Shown: positions 19,032-29,236, counted from the stretch's first letter. The stretch is DNA of 45,168 bases from Candidatus Roizmanbacteria bacterium (GCA_037441985.1 JBBIRE010000001.1:1-45168); one strand, 5' to 3'. Made by a program: numbers and translations. The notes: generated by a model not told the origin, from the letters alone.

Positions 19032-20640
19032 GTGGTTGATTATTTTAGGAAGTCTTTTTGCTTTTATTTTTAATAGTCTTTATGTTTCTTATCCTGATGA
19101 ATTTGTCAATCTTTTAGGAGGAAGAAGTATCTTAAATGGCAGGATTCCGTACAAAGATTTTTTTGACCACCATCTTCCTTTTGCTTGGTATCTTTCATCA
19201 ATTTTTTTATTATTTACTCAAAATTCATATGTTTTGTTTCGCTTATTGTGGTCGATTTTTAGTTTTTTCCTCCTTTTTATTTTAGGACAGAATATTAAAA
19301 AAAACCGAAAAAATTTTTATCTTTATTACCTTCTTTTTTTAACTTTATATCCAATAACCGCTCTTTATTTTTGGTTTCATCTATATTTAGCTGACAGTTT
19401 AGCGGTTTTATTTTTCTCGCTCATCTTTTGGTTGTTGTTGGTTGAAACTTTTTCTGAAAAATCAAATTTCAAAATCCAAATTTTAAGTTCATTTCTTACT
19501 TTTTGTTTAATTTTTTCTTCAATGACGTTTGTTTATTTAGCGCTTTTCCTTTATCTCTGGCAGTTTTATTTAGTGATCAGTCATCATAAAAAACAAAGCT
19601 TGAAATTCATTTTTTTCTCCTCAATTCCTTATCTTGTTTATCTCACTTATCTAATTATCACCAATTCTTGGTGGGATTTTTATTTTGCCAATTTCTATTA
19701 CAATACGAAGTTATATATTTCGATTCCTAATTACGTTCGCGGGCGGTTTTTTAATCCTTTAAAATTTGCTTTCACTTTAATTGATAATTTTTATCAGGGA
19801 TATCTTCCTCTTTTATCCAAAATCAAACATCTTGATTTATATTTACCTATTGATACCCTATCGGCATTAGGAAGTTTGAGTTTATTACTAATTCTTTTTT
19901 CCAAAAATCCTCTTCTGGGAATTTTTTATTTTTTTATTTTGTCTTTTTCTGCTCCAAGAAGTAATATTGGTCAATATCGGGAAACAGATTATCAAAGCTC
20001 AATGTTTTTTGTTTTGGGAATCATTTCTTCTCTTTTTTCATTTTATTGGTTAAAAGGATATTCTTTTAAAGAAAAGATCTTTGATGATTTAAAAAGAATT
20101 GTTCACTCGATTTTAACAATTTTTTTAATCTTTAGTTTAATTTTTCTCTTGGGTAATTTTTATCATAAATTTTTTATGGTTTATACTCAACAGATGCCCC
20201 GAATTCACAATCAATGGAATGTCTATTTGTTCTTAAAAGAAATACTTAGCGATAATGATCGTTTTTGGATTGGTCCATATGAACCTAATTTTCAATTCTT
20301 TAGTCGTGAATTAACCACTAATTGGAAATATCCAACCCTATTGCCTCAGTTTCGGGAAAACGATTATTTAAAAAAAGATTTTCTTTATCAGTTTGAAAAA
20401 AACAAGCCAACAGTAATTATTTTTAAACACGAAGCTTCTATCTTTATGACGCCTGCAAATCAATTCGGCCAGTTTTTTTTAGAGTGGTTAAAGAAAGATT
20501 ATCTTAATCTGGAAGAAATTAAAAACATTCAGATTCTTCGGTCACCATCAGAGTTTAATCTAAAAACTGATTTTTATTTTCTTAAAAGCGAAAAGGAAAG
20601 GATTTTAAACAATTTAAGAACTAAAGGTTTTCTTCAATAA
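19006..20640 (+). CDS. GT-C-like polytopic membrane protein with C-terminal soluble domain
   Basis: Acidic loop after TM1 (YPDEFVNLLGGRSILNGRIPYKDFFDHH), more than 10 predicted TM segments, and a soluble tail of about 130 aa. Confidence 0.55.
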   Translation: MKLFIKKIEWLIILGSLFAFIFNSLYVSYPDEFVNLLGGRSILNGRIPYKDFFDHHLPFAWYLSSIFLLFTQNSYVLFRLLWSIFSFFLLFILGQNIKKNRKNFYLYYLLFLTLYPITALYFWFHLYLADSLAVLFFSLIFWLLLVETFSEKSNFKIQILSSFLTFCLIFSSMTFVYLALFLYLWQFYLVISHHKKQSLKFIFFSSIPYLVYLTYLIITNSWWDFYFANFYYNTKLYISIPNYVRGRFFNPLKFAFTLIDNFYQGYLPLLSKIKHLDLYLPIDTLSALGSLSLLLILFSKNPLLGIFYFFILSFSAPRSNIGQYRETDYQSSMFFVLGIISSLFSFYWLKGYSFKEKIFDDLKRIVHSILTIFLIFSLIFLLGNFYHKFFMVYTQQMPRIHNQWNVYLFLKEILSDNDRFWIGPYEPNFQFFSRELTTNWKYPTLLPQFRENDYLKKDFLYQFEKNKPTVIIFKHEASIFMTPANQFGQFFLEWLKKDYLNLEEIKNIQILRSPSEFNLKTDFYFLKSEKERILNNLRTKGFLQ

Positions 20641-21447
20641 ATTAATAATCAGATGAACTTTTGTTTTTAGAGGAGCATACTTCAACCCAAATTTAAATCG
20701 ATTTTTTTCCTGATAAATTTGATGAATTTTTGAACCAGAGCCTTCGGTCGACTGAGCATTTTTGTGCCAGAGAACGATTTTTGGATTGTAAAAAAGATTA
20801 ATTTTCTTTTTTATTGCCCGATGGCAAAAATCAGCATCTTCGTAATAAAGAAAATAATTTTCGTCCAAAAAACCAACTCGATCGATTACTTTTTTATCAA
20901 AGATCATCAGGCAACCAGTAATAAATTCTGTTTTTTCAAATTGATCATATTGTCCTTTATCGACTTCATCTACCCCACGATGGGGTGTAAAAACATTTTT
21001 CCAGTCAAAAAAGCCACCAGCATACCAGATAACTTTTCCTAAATCTTTTTTTTGATAACGATCTTTATGATATTCAAAACCTGGCGCGTAATAGATTTTT
21101 CCACCAATAATAGAAGAAGGATGTTCTTTAAGAGAATTGAGAATGTTATCAGCAAAATCTTCTTTAAAATAAACATCATTGTTAACAATACAGAAATTAA
21201 CAAAACCATTTTTGATGGCTTTTTTTATCCCTAAATTCACTCCGTGAGCATAGCCTAAGTTTTTTGAATAAATAACTGAATGAGAGAGTTGGGTTTTAAT
21301 GGTTTGTCTTTTTTTTTCATCAGAAAGATCAGCAATAAAAAGTTTAAAGTCTTTATTATTTTGTTTTTCTAAGGAAGAGAAAAAATCATCTGCCACTTGA
21401 TAGTTATTATAAAAAACAGTGATAATGGCCAATTGATTATTTTTCAT
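20614..21447 (-). CDS. Glycosyltransferase family 2 (rhamnosyltransferase-like)
   Basis: LAIITVFYNN, FIADLSDEK, YYEDADFCHRA. The ATG at 21447 is preferred to the TTG at 21465. Confidence 0.85.
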   Translation of the reverse strand: MKNNQLAIITVFYNNYQVADDFFSSLEKQNNKDFKLFIADLSDEKKRQTIKTQLSHSVIYSKNLGYAHGVNLGIKKAIKNGFVNFCIVNNDVYFKEDFADNILNSLKEHPSSIIGGKIYYAPGFEYHKDRYQKKDLGKVIWYAGGFFDWKNVFTPHRGVDEVDKGQYDQFEKTEFITGCLMIFDKKVIDRVGFLDENYFLYYEDADFCHRAIKKKINLFYNPKIVLWHKNAQSTEGSGSKIHQIYQEKNRFKFGLKYAPLKTKVHLIINLLKKTFSS

Positions 21448-22882
21448 AAGAAAAAAAATATTCAATTTCTTTTTTGAGATTAAATTTAAACAAAAATGTT
21501 AAAACAAAATAGTAGGTTAATCCGCCACTCAAGATTAATAAAGCAGTTAATAAATATAAATTTTTTATTGCCAATGATTGGATTAATAACAAAATAAAAA
21601 TCATTACTAACCCGGCAAAAATTGGTTTTTTTATTGAGGAAAAAATGCTAAAAGAAAAATATTTTTTTGCTAGGGAAAGAACAAAGAAAAAGGTGAAAGA
21701 GATTATTAAATGAGTCGAAGGAAAACCAAAAATATCAAAAATTTTTGTTAAAGTTGGTGTTAACAACCAGGTAATGATTGTCCAAAAAAGCATTAGATTA
21801 AAAGAAATTTTTACTTTGCCAATGGCATTAAAAATGTTAACAAATGGTGCCGAATAAATAACCAAAAAACTAGAAAAAACAAAGATTCTAAAGATTGGTA
21901 GAGCCGGTTCCCATTTTTGGTATTTAGGAATAAGATAAACCAAATGGGGCATAAGAAAGAAAGAAAGAATCATTATAGGAAGAATAATTAAAGTTTGATA
22001 ATAAAGGATTTTATTTATGATTAGGGAAATTTTTTCTTTATTTTCTTGAAGACGGGCAACCAGGGGAAAAAGAATTTTGGTGATATTGTCCATAATAATT
22101 CTAATTGGCGCCTCAGCCCATTTTTTTGCCCAACCAATATAACCAACACTCTCAAAACCGATGACTTTTCCCAAATACAAGATAATCAGGTCGTCTTTAA
22201 AAAGAGCGAGAAATGATGAGGTTTGAAAAGGTAGCCCAAAAGATAACAGTTGTTTTAAATTTTTTTTCACTAGGCCAATTTTTGGTTGCCATGGGGAAAG
22301 GTGATAAATAAGGATTAACCCAATAATAGAACGAGATAAAACACCAATGATGAAACTTCTTAGTTGAAAATTTAAAAGTGCAAAAATAATCACGGTTAAA
22401 TAAAAAAAAGTATTTTCGACGACTTGTACGAAAACTATTTTTTGATATTGGATTTTTCTTTCTAAAAAAATGGAGGGAATCGTTTTTAAACTCGAGATAA
22501 AAAAAGAAATAAGAAGAGCATAATAGAGATAAAGACCATCATTAGGCAGCCGGTAAAATTGGACAATCAATTTTCCAAGAAAAAAACCAATTGAGATTAA
22601 AGAAAGAATTAAGATTTGCTGAAATGTAAAGACTGATTTGACATCATCGTCAGTAATTTCTTTTTTTTGAATCAAAGAGGCGGCTAGACCGATATCAGAA
22701 AAATAATTTAAAAAGGAGATTGTTGATAAAAGAGTAATATAAATACCAAAGATTTTTGGCGAAAGAATAATCGTTAAGACTAGATTGGCAATTAAACCAA
22801 GAAACGCTGAATAACCGCTCTGGAAAAAAAGACTTAAACTACTAAAAAAGGCTTTTCTTTTGAGTTTTTTTAGATCATTCAT
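21437..22882 (-). CDS. Polysaccharide/oligosaccharide flippase, Wzx-like (MOP superfamily)
   Basis: About 12-14 TM segments. The N-terminal block FSSLSLFFQSGYSAFLGLIANLVLTIILSPKIFGIY...GLAASLIQKK is typical of Polysacc_synt family proteins. Confidence 0.75.
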   Translation of the reverse strand: MNDLKKLKRKAFFSSLSLFFQSGYSAFLGLIANLVLTIILSPKIFGIYITLLSTISFLNYFSDIGLAASLIQKKEITDDDVKSVFTFQQILILSLISIGFFLGKLIVQFYRLPNDGLYLYYALLISFFISSLKTIPSIFLERKIQYQKIVFVQVVENTFFYLTVIIFALLNFQLRSFIIGVLSRSIIGLILIYHLSPWQPKIGLVKKNLKQLLSFGLPFQTSSFLALFKDDLIILYLGKVIGFESVGYIGWAKKWAEAPIRIIMDNITKILFPLVARLQENKEKISLIINKILYYQTLIILPIMILSFFLMPHLVYLIPKYQKWEPALPIFRIFVFSSFLVIYSAPFVNIFNAIGKVKISFNLMLFWTIITWLLTPTLTKIFDIFGFPSTHLIISFTFFFVLSLAKKYFSFSIFSSIKKPIFAGLVMIFILLLIQSLAIKNLYLLTALLILSGGLTYYFVLTFLFKFNLKKEIEYFFSYEK

Positions 22883-22911
22883 TATTGATTGTTGATATAT
22901 AATACTTACGT

Positions 22912-24636
22912 ATGAATCTGAAAAAGTCGATTCTTTGGCAATTATTAATAGTTATTATTATAACAATTCCTTCTTTTTTGAGCCTTATTAATTCACGTTA
23001 CTTTACAATTCACGACAATCAACATGTTGTTCGTTTATATTTATTAGATCGAGGGATCAGGCAAGGATATCTTTTTCCTCGCTGGATTGATGAGTTAACC
23101 TTTGGATTTGGCGACCCTCTTTTTAATTTTTATCCACCTTTAGTTTATTATTTAGGCGAGTTTTTTCATTTATTGGGTTTTTCTTATATTTGGTCGATAA
23201 AGTTGGTTTTTATTTTTGGTTTTTTAATTGGTTCAATTTCAATTTATCTTTTGATAAAAGAATTTTTAGGAAAGCTGGCGGCTTTTTTGGGAACAACGAT
23301 CTTTACTTATTTTTTTTATCATGCGGTCAATGCTTATGTCCGAGGAGCTTTATCAGAATTTTTTGCCATGAATTTAGTGCCTTTGGTTTTTTTATCGATA
23401 ACAAAAACAGCTAAAAGTCCGTCAATTAAAAACAGTTTATTTTTTTCTTTTTCATTGACTTTGGTTTTTCTCAGTCATCAATTAGTGGTTTTGCCTTTAT
23501 TATTTTTTCTTCCTTTTTATTTCCTTTTTTCTTTATTTATTGACGGAAAGAAAAAAAAAGAATTTATTATTTTTTTAATGATTGGGGGAATTCTTGGTAT
23601 GGGTTTATCAGCTTTTTATTGGCTGCCAATGTTTTACGAAAAACAATTTACGTTTTTAGATAAAGAACTAGGGAGTTATAAAGATCATTATCTTTATCCT
23701 TATCAATTTTGGTATTCTCCATGGGGGTTTGGCGCGTCAGTTAAAGGAATTGTTGATGGAATGAGTTTTCAGTTAGGGAAAATTCCTATTTTGCTAATTA
23801 CTGTTTCGATATTAACTTTTTTTGTTTTTCAATTCAAAAAATTAACTAAAAAAGATGAATTCGTTGTCAATCAATTTATTTTCTTTTTATTTTTAATGAT
23901 TTTTGGTTTGTGGATGACGACATTTTATTCTTCATTTATTTGGGATAAAGTAAAACTTTTATGGAGCCTTCAGTTTCCTTGGCGATTTTTATCAATAACT
24001 GCCACTTTTGTTGCAATAATTGCTAGTTATTGGATTTATTTTCTTCAAAGAGTATTTTTCCAAAAAAATGAATTTATTGTTAAGTTATTAGTCAGTATTT
24101 TTATTGTTTTAACCATTTATAAATATTATCCTTATTTTCGACCACAAAGTTATCTTAAAGTTACCGACAAAGATTTAATCACAAAAGAAGAAATCCAATG
24201 GATTCAAAGTAAGACAGTTTTGCATTTTGTCCCAAAAGGAGTAAAAGCCAAAAAAAATGAATATGGAGTTTATATCTTAGATATCGATAAAAAAGATTTA
24301 CCAAAAAATATCTATCAAATAAAAAAAGGCGATGGCGAGGTTAAGACAATCAAAAATAAATATCAGGAAAAAGAATTTTTAGTCAAAGCCAAAACACCAC
24401 TTCAATTTCAGCTCAATACTTTTAATTTTGTTGGCTGGCAGGCATACTTAGATGGAAGAAGAGTTAGCATTGATGATAATAACGATTTTAAATTAATTAA
24501 CGTTAAGATTTCTTTAGGAGAACATCAATTGAAATTTGTTTTTAAAAATACTTTGGTTCGGACAATAGGCGGATATCTTTCTTTTATCAGTTTAATAATG
24601 TGTTTATGGATCATAGTAAGAAAAAGAACAGTCTAG
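22912..24636 (+). CDS. GT-C-like membrane protein, PTPS-related (PF10131-like) family
   Basis: YFTIHDNQHVVRLYLLDRGIRQGYLFPRWIDELTFGFGDPLFNFYPPLVYYL matches my memory of the membrane 'PTPS-related' family signature. Polytopic, with a C-terminal beta-rich domain. Confidence 0.6.
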   Translation: MNLKKSILWQLLIVIIITIPSFLSLINSRYFTIHDNQHVVRLYLLDRGIRQGYLFPRWIDELTFGFGDPLFNFYPPLVYYLGEFFHLLGFSYIWSIKLVFIFGFLIGSISIYLLIKEFLGKLAAFLGTTIFTYFFYHAVNAYVRGALSEFFAMNLVPLVFLSITKTAKSPSIKNSLFFSFSLTLVFLSHQLVVLPLLFFLPFYFLFSLFIDGKKKKEFIIFLMIGGILGMGLSAFYWLPMFYEKQFTFLDKELGSYKDHYLYPYQFWYSPWGFGASVKGIVDGMSFQLGKIPILLITVSILTFFVFQFKKLTKKDEFVVNQFIFFLFLMIFGLWMTTFYSSFIWDKVKLLWSLQFPWRFLSITATFVAIIASYWIYFLQRVFFQKNEFIVKLLVSIFIVLTIYKYYPYFRPQSYLKVTDKDLITKEEIQWIQSKTVLHFVPKGVKAKKNEYGVYILDIDKKDLPKNIYQIKKGDGEVKTIKNKYQEKEFLVKAKTPLQFQLNTFNFVGWQAYLDGRRVSIDDNNDFKLINVKISLGEHQLKFVFKNTLVRTIGGYLSFISLIMCLWIIVRKRTV

Positions 24637-25247
24637 TTTATTTTTATCCGCTGATAATTTTTATCTTCTTTGTTAATTTTCATTTCTATGATTTTTATCA
24701 AAAAAATTTTCTTTCGATGCTAAAGATTATTTCAAAAAGAAAAGAAAAAACTCTATACGAAAAAATTCAAAGTCAGAATCATTACTATGAAGTTTGGCGT
24801 TTAGCGAATCTAAAAAAAAATGTCATTTTTGTTAATGAAGATAAAAGTAGCCAGTTTATTGATTATGTTTCGACATATTTTCTAAATAAAAATAAGCCAC
24901 AAGATAAAAAAATAACTTATTATTTAACAGAATTGAATTTAATGACAAAGTATTTTTTCTATCCAAAAATTGTTCCAGTCTATTCCTTTTACCAAATTAT
25001 TTTTTCACCTCCATTAATTAAAAAAGGGATATATATCATCTCCGATTACGAATTTGAATCATTTTATAAAAATAAATTTTCAGAAAATAAATGTTTATGT
25101 GAAAAATCAATTGAGAAAATAAATATCGAAAAAAACTTTCTAAGTTTTTATCAAAGATTAAAAAGGATTGAGATTTCCAATAAAGATTATGTTTCAGTAA
25201 TCCGTCGACCAGAAAAAACTTATTATCTTTACGAAGTTATTAAATAG
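24606..25247 (+). CDS. Hypothetical N-terminally anchored protein
   Basis: ATG at 24606. A single N-terminal TM (LVYFYPLIIFIFFVNF) and a domain of about 180 aa ending TYYLYEVIK, like the C-terminal tails of the GT-C paralogs. Confidence 0.5.
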   Translation: MDHSKKKNSLVYFYPLIIFIFFVNFHFYDFYQKNFLSMLKIISKRKEKTLYEKIQSQNHYYEVWRLANLKKNVIFVNEDKSSQFIDYVSTYFLNKNKPQDKKITYYLTELNLMTKYFFYPKIVPVYSFYQIIFSPPLIKKGIYIISDYEFESFYKNKFSENKCLCEKSIEKINIEKNFLSFYQRLKRIEISNKDYVSVIRRPEKTYYLYEVIK

Positions 25248-25251
25248 ACTT

Positions 25252-26670
25252 ATGATTGAAAAAAGTTTTTTTACAATCTTTCTTTGTATTTTTTTCTTTT
25301 ACTTTTTAGGTGATATCTTTTTCCGACTTTTTTTAAATAATTTAATGAAAAAAGTAAATTTACTTATTCGTTTATCATCTCTTTGGATTATTGGCAATAG
25401 CATTTTTTCTATCTTTTTAATGTTTATGTTTTTGATTAGGAGACTTGATTGGATTAATTTTTCAAATTTTTTGCATCTTTTTCTTTTTATAATTTTTGTT
25501 TGGATTTATCTTTCGATTAAACAAAAAAGATTTACTAATTTTTCTTTTCATTATTTTATTTATTTAATTTTAATTTTTCTTTTTTTTCTTCCCTTAATTC
25601 TCAATAGTTTGACTAGCTTTCTTATTGAATGGGATGCGGTGGCGATTTGGTTTTTCAAAGCAAAGGCACTTTTTTTAGAAAAAAATTTTTTAAGTTATCT
25701 AAAAGATAACAATTGGTTATTTTCCAGTCAAGCTTATCCAATTGGCGTTCCTTTGGTTATTTCTTTTTATTATCGATTGATTAACAAGATTAATGACCAA
25801 TCAATTCAATTATATTTTTTAATGTTTTATTTAAATTTAACTATTTTTAGTTTAGGCATTCTGATAGATTTTTTTGAGAAAAAGATTAATAAAATTATTT
25901 TACTTTTAGCAGTTTTATCTTTTTATATTAGTAGTAATATCGTTGTTTATTCTCATAATGGATATGTAGATCTTGTATTGGGCTCAGTTTTTGCATTTAT
26001 TTTTTATTTTCTTTATTTATTTCTTAATGGACGAGAAAGCAAATTAAAAAGCGATTTATTGAAAATGATCCTTATTGTCTCGGGTCATTCATTGATCTTA
26101 AAAAATGAAGCCATTCCTTTTGTTCTAATTGTTTTTTTGGCATTGATAATCAATTTTTTTATCAATTTAGAAAAAACTAATAGAAAAAAAATTATTTATT
26201 TTATTCCTTACGTTATTATTTTTTTCTTTCCTTTTATTTTTTGGCAGGTTTACCTTAAAGTTTACAAAATCCCCTCTTTTTTAGATGGTCACTATTTAGA
26301 TTTTATAAAAATAGAGAATTTAGTAAGATTGAAAACGATTTTTAATTATTGTTTTTTAGAAATATTTAATACTAATAAATACAATTTGAGTTTTATTCTG
26401 TTAATTTTATTATTTGTTTATCAAATGTCATACTTGATTTTGAGTCAAGAATTAAGTTTAAAAATTAACCTATTAATTTTTCTTCTTTTTGGCCAGTTCT
26501 TGAGCTACGTTTATGTATATTTAGTGACTCCTTTACCATTTATTGTTCAGTTGGAAACATCTTTAGAGAGATTAATTCTTCAGATATTGCCAATTTTTTT
26601 TATTTTAAACAGTATTTTATTAAATGAAATATTGAGCAGGCAAAGAAAGGATAAAAAAAGGCCAATATGA
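25252..26670 (+). CDS. Polytopic membrane protein, probable GT-C-type glycosyltransferase
   Basis: More than 10 TM segments. The loop EWDAVAIWFFKAKALFLEKNF...SQAYPIGVPL resembles GT-C periplasmic-loop motifs. No other family was recognised. Confidence 0.45.
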   Translation: MIEKSFFTIFLCIFFFYFLGDIFFRLFLNNLMKKVNLLIRLSSLWIIGNSIFSIFLMFMFLIRRLDWINFSNFLHLFLFIIFVWIYLSIKQKRFTNFSFHYFIYLILIFLFFLPLILNSLTSFLIEWDAVAIWFFKAKALFLEKNFLSYLKDNNWLFSSQAYPIGVPLVISFYYRLINKINDQSIQLYFLMFYLNLTIFSLGILIDFFEKKINKIILLLAVLSFYISSNIVVYSHNGYVDLVLGSVFAFIFYFLYLFLNGRESKLKSDLLKMILIVSGHSLILKNEAIPFVLIVFLALIINFFINLEKTNRKKIIYFIPYVIIFFFPFIFWQVYLKVYKIPSFLDGHYLDFIKIENLVRLKTIFNYCFLEIFNTNKYNLSFILLILLFVYQMSYLILSQELSLKINLLIFLLFGQFLSYVYVYLVTPLPFIVQLETSLERLILQILPIFFILNSILLNEILSRQRKDKKRPI

Positions 26671-26769
26671 TAATAAAATAACGAGTAAATGGCGGTTGAA
26701 AAGAGATAAAGATGAGATAAAAAAGTGGAAATAAAAATATTAATTTATTTATTATTTTTTTTGTAGTTT

Positions 26770-27685
26770 TTATAAATAAAAGATTGATGAAATTAAGCTA
26801 ACAGGCCAAAGGATACTCCATTGATGAGATTTCAAGAAATCAAATTTTCCCCACCAAGATTTGAAATACCCACTGATAAACAGTAAAAAGGTTGAACCAA
26901 TAAGAGGACTTTTATTGTATAAAAATGAAATTTAAAAGTTTTTGAGAGAAAAAATTGAATTAAATCGCCAAGCTGAATCAATATAGGTTTTTAAGTAAAA
27001 AAAATTATAAACAAAAAAAGCAATAATGAGAGAAGCAATTAATTTCTTGAAATAAAATTTTTTCCTCTGGAGATTATAGAAAGATAAAAAGAAAATAAAG
27101 ATAATCGGAGTGGGCCAAAATTTAGTGGCCGCGAATAACCCAAGAACTATTCCGTGAAGAATAAATTTTTTAGGCCATAATAATACTGTTAGGAAATAAA
27201 TTAAGCCAATTGTTGCTTGACCGAGGTCTAAAAAAGCGTTACTCGATAAAAAGATAAATAAAGGATCAATAATTAGAAAAAAAACACGCGACACACGAGA
27301 CTAAAAAATTTTTAAAAAGAATTATTCCCATAAGATAAGTGGAAGTTATTAATATAATTCCAAAAAAAATTTGTACCCAATAAGGATTATTTAGATAAAT
27401 AACTGATATGTCAAAAAGATATTTAGTGAAAGGAGGATAGGCAAAATTATAATTTATTGGATTTTTACCTATGGCATATAAATAGCCGATTGTGATATAA
27501 ATTTCTTCATTAGAGAGAAAAATTCTTTTTCCTGGAACTTCGTTGGGGATATCTTGGGAAAGAAAATATCTTTTTAAAAGTTTTTTATCGAATTGATAGG
27601 TAAAGACTTTTTTTTGAAAAATAAAAAGGATGATTAAATAAAAAATAATTAATAAGCCGATTGAGATAAAATGTATTTTTTTCAT
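26770..27685 (-). pseudogene. Decayed GT-C-like membrane protein gene (frameshift plus in-frame stop)
   Basis: The ORFs at 27266-27685 and 26932-27294 overlap in different frames. They fuse if the T8 run (plus-strand A8, 27277-27284) were T7. After the TAA at 26932-26934 the same frame stays open for 53 more codons (ISFLYNKSPLIGSTFLLFISGYFKSWWGKFDFLKSHQWSILWPVS...) to the TAA at 26770-26772. Confidence 0.65.
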
Positions 27686-27694
27686 TTTTATTAA

Positions 27695-29233
27695 CTAAAG
27701 CGAACTTTGATTTTCAAATTTAAATAAATATTTATGCTTATCAATTTCCCAAGTTTTTACTAATTTTAAATTAGGGGTAGCAAGAAATTCCCAGCGATTT
27801 TCTTTATAAATCGTCTTTAAATCAGGAGCAAAGACAAATAAAGTTTTTAAATTTTGGTAAGAAAACTCGTCACTTATAGGAGGAAGATTTGGATCTCTTT
27901 CTATGTAAAATCTTAAGTATAAAGCGCGAGCATCACCGACAAAATTTTCAGTAATGTTGTATGGAATATCAAAATCTGTTGTCTTAATTATTTTTATTGC
28001 TTTTTCTATATGGGATATAGAAGGATAAGTAGTTGATTTTTCATTTAAAATTCCTTGATGAGCGTTTTGAGAGTATAAAATATTTTTATTGGTTAAAAAA
28101 TAAAGCGTTATTAAAAGAATAGATACTTTTTTGTCAACAAGATTTGTAATTAAAATAACAAAGAGTGGAATTGAAATGAAAAAATATCTTAAATAATATA
28201 CCTCATGAGAAAGCAAACTTGAAATAATAGTAGAAAAAATAACAATTATTAAAAGAATCTTTAATTCTGTAATAGAAGATTTTTTTGAATTATTTTTTAA
28301 TTTTTTTCTATTATGAAATCCAATAATTAAAGTTATAAAGAAACCGCTAATAACTTTTTGCCAATAAGTAAGATTTACAATTGAATTAAAATACGCTGCT
28401 TCTGTTTCAAAACCGCCTAAAATCATTACTGGAATTAAAAATATATCTACTAATTTTATCGGTATCGTTCTTGCCAAAATTGGTTGAAAGACGGTGACGA
28501 ATTTTCGGTTAATAGTGGTGTTATATATTAAAGCATTAGTTAGATAAAAATGATTTTTTATTTCAAATAAGATAAGAGGTAAAATGGACAAAACGAAACT
28601 TAAAATAAAAAAAAGAGAATTTTTTAAGTTTTTTTTAAAAAGAAAAATCAAACTTATTCCAATAGTAAAAATAACAAAATAATGAAAATGAAAAAGGAGA
28701 CCGGCAAGAAAGCCACTTAAAAAATAATTAATTTTTCTATTATCTTTTAGAGCCAGAAAGTAATAATACCAATAAATAGGACTAATTGAAATGACAAAAT
28801 TTGGATTCCAAAAAAATCTTAAATGAGCGACGACAACCGGTGATAAAGAAAAAATTGCTGTTGCTAAAAGTGATTTCTTTTGATCAAAAAAAAGACGAGT
28901 GAGTCTATAAAAATAATAAATTCCAATCATCATTAAAAAAATATTGATATAAACAGGACCTAAAACATCTTTATGAAATAAAAAGAGTCCTAAAGCACCC
29001 ATATAATAAGTGAGAGAGCTAAAATAAATTTGCCTTGTTCCATACTGACCAAATGAAAGAGGTGGTCCAATAGCGGTTATTTCTTTATTTTTAAGCACTC
29101 TTAATGAAGCCAAAGTATCTCGAGCCATATCGCCGGAAAAGAAATAGGTGTATCGGAGATTAAATATATAAAAGAAAAAGGCAGTGATTATTACGAGAAT
29201 TAAATAACTATCTTTTTCTAAAATTTTTTTCAT
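27695..29233 (-). CDS. GT-C-like polytopic membrane protein (family B paralog 3)
   Basis: Has TM1, then NLRYTYFFSGDMARDTLASLRVL..ITAIGPP, FFWNPNF and HFHYF, the blocks shared with family B paralogs 1, 2 and 4. Confidence 0.7.
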   Translation of the reverse strand: MKKILEKDSYLILVIITAFFFYIFNLRYTYFFSGDMARDTLASLRVLKNKEITAIGPPLSFGQYGTRQIYFSSLTYYMGALGLFLFHKDVLGPVYINIFLMMIGIYYFYRLTRLFFDQKKSLLATAIFSLSPVVVAHLRFFWNPNFVISISPIYWYYYFLALKDNRKINYFLSGFLAGLLFHFHYFVIFTIGISLIFLFKKNLKNSLFFILSFVLSILPLILFEIKNHFYLTNALIYNTTINRKFVTVFQPILARTIPIKLVDIFLIPVMILGGFETEAAYFNSIVNLTYWQKVISGFFITLIIGFHNRKKLKNNSKKSSITELKILLIIVIFSTIISSLLSHEVYYLRYFFISIPLFVILITNLVDKKVSILLITLYFLTNKNILYSQNAHQGILNEKSTTYPSISHIEKAIKIIKTTDFDIPYNITENFVGDARALYLRFYIERDPNLPPISDEFSYQNLKTLFVFAPDLKTIYKENRWEFLATPNLKLVKTWEIDKHKYLFKFENQSSL

Positions 29234-29236
29234 CTC

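Noticed and set aside
26932-26934. The in-frame TAA as stop-codon reassignment or read-through
   Set aside because: TAA terminates well-conserved genes here (rpoB, rpoC, rpsL, fusA), and TGA also acts as a stop (e.g. 37497-37499). The same gene also carries a frameshift, so decay is the better explanation.
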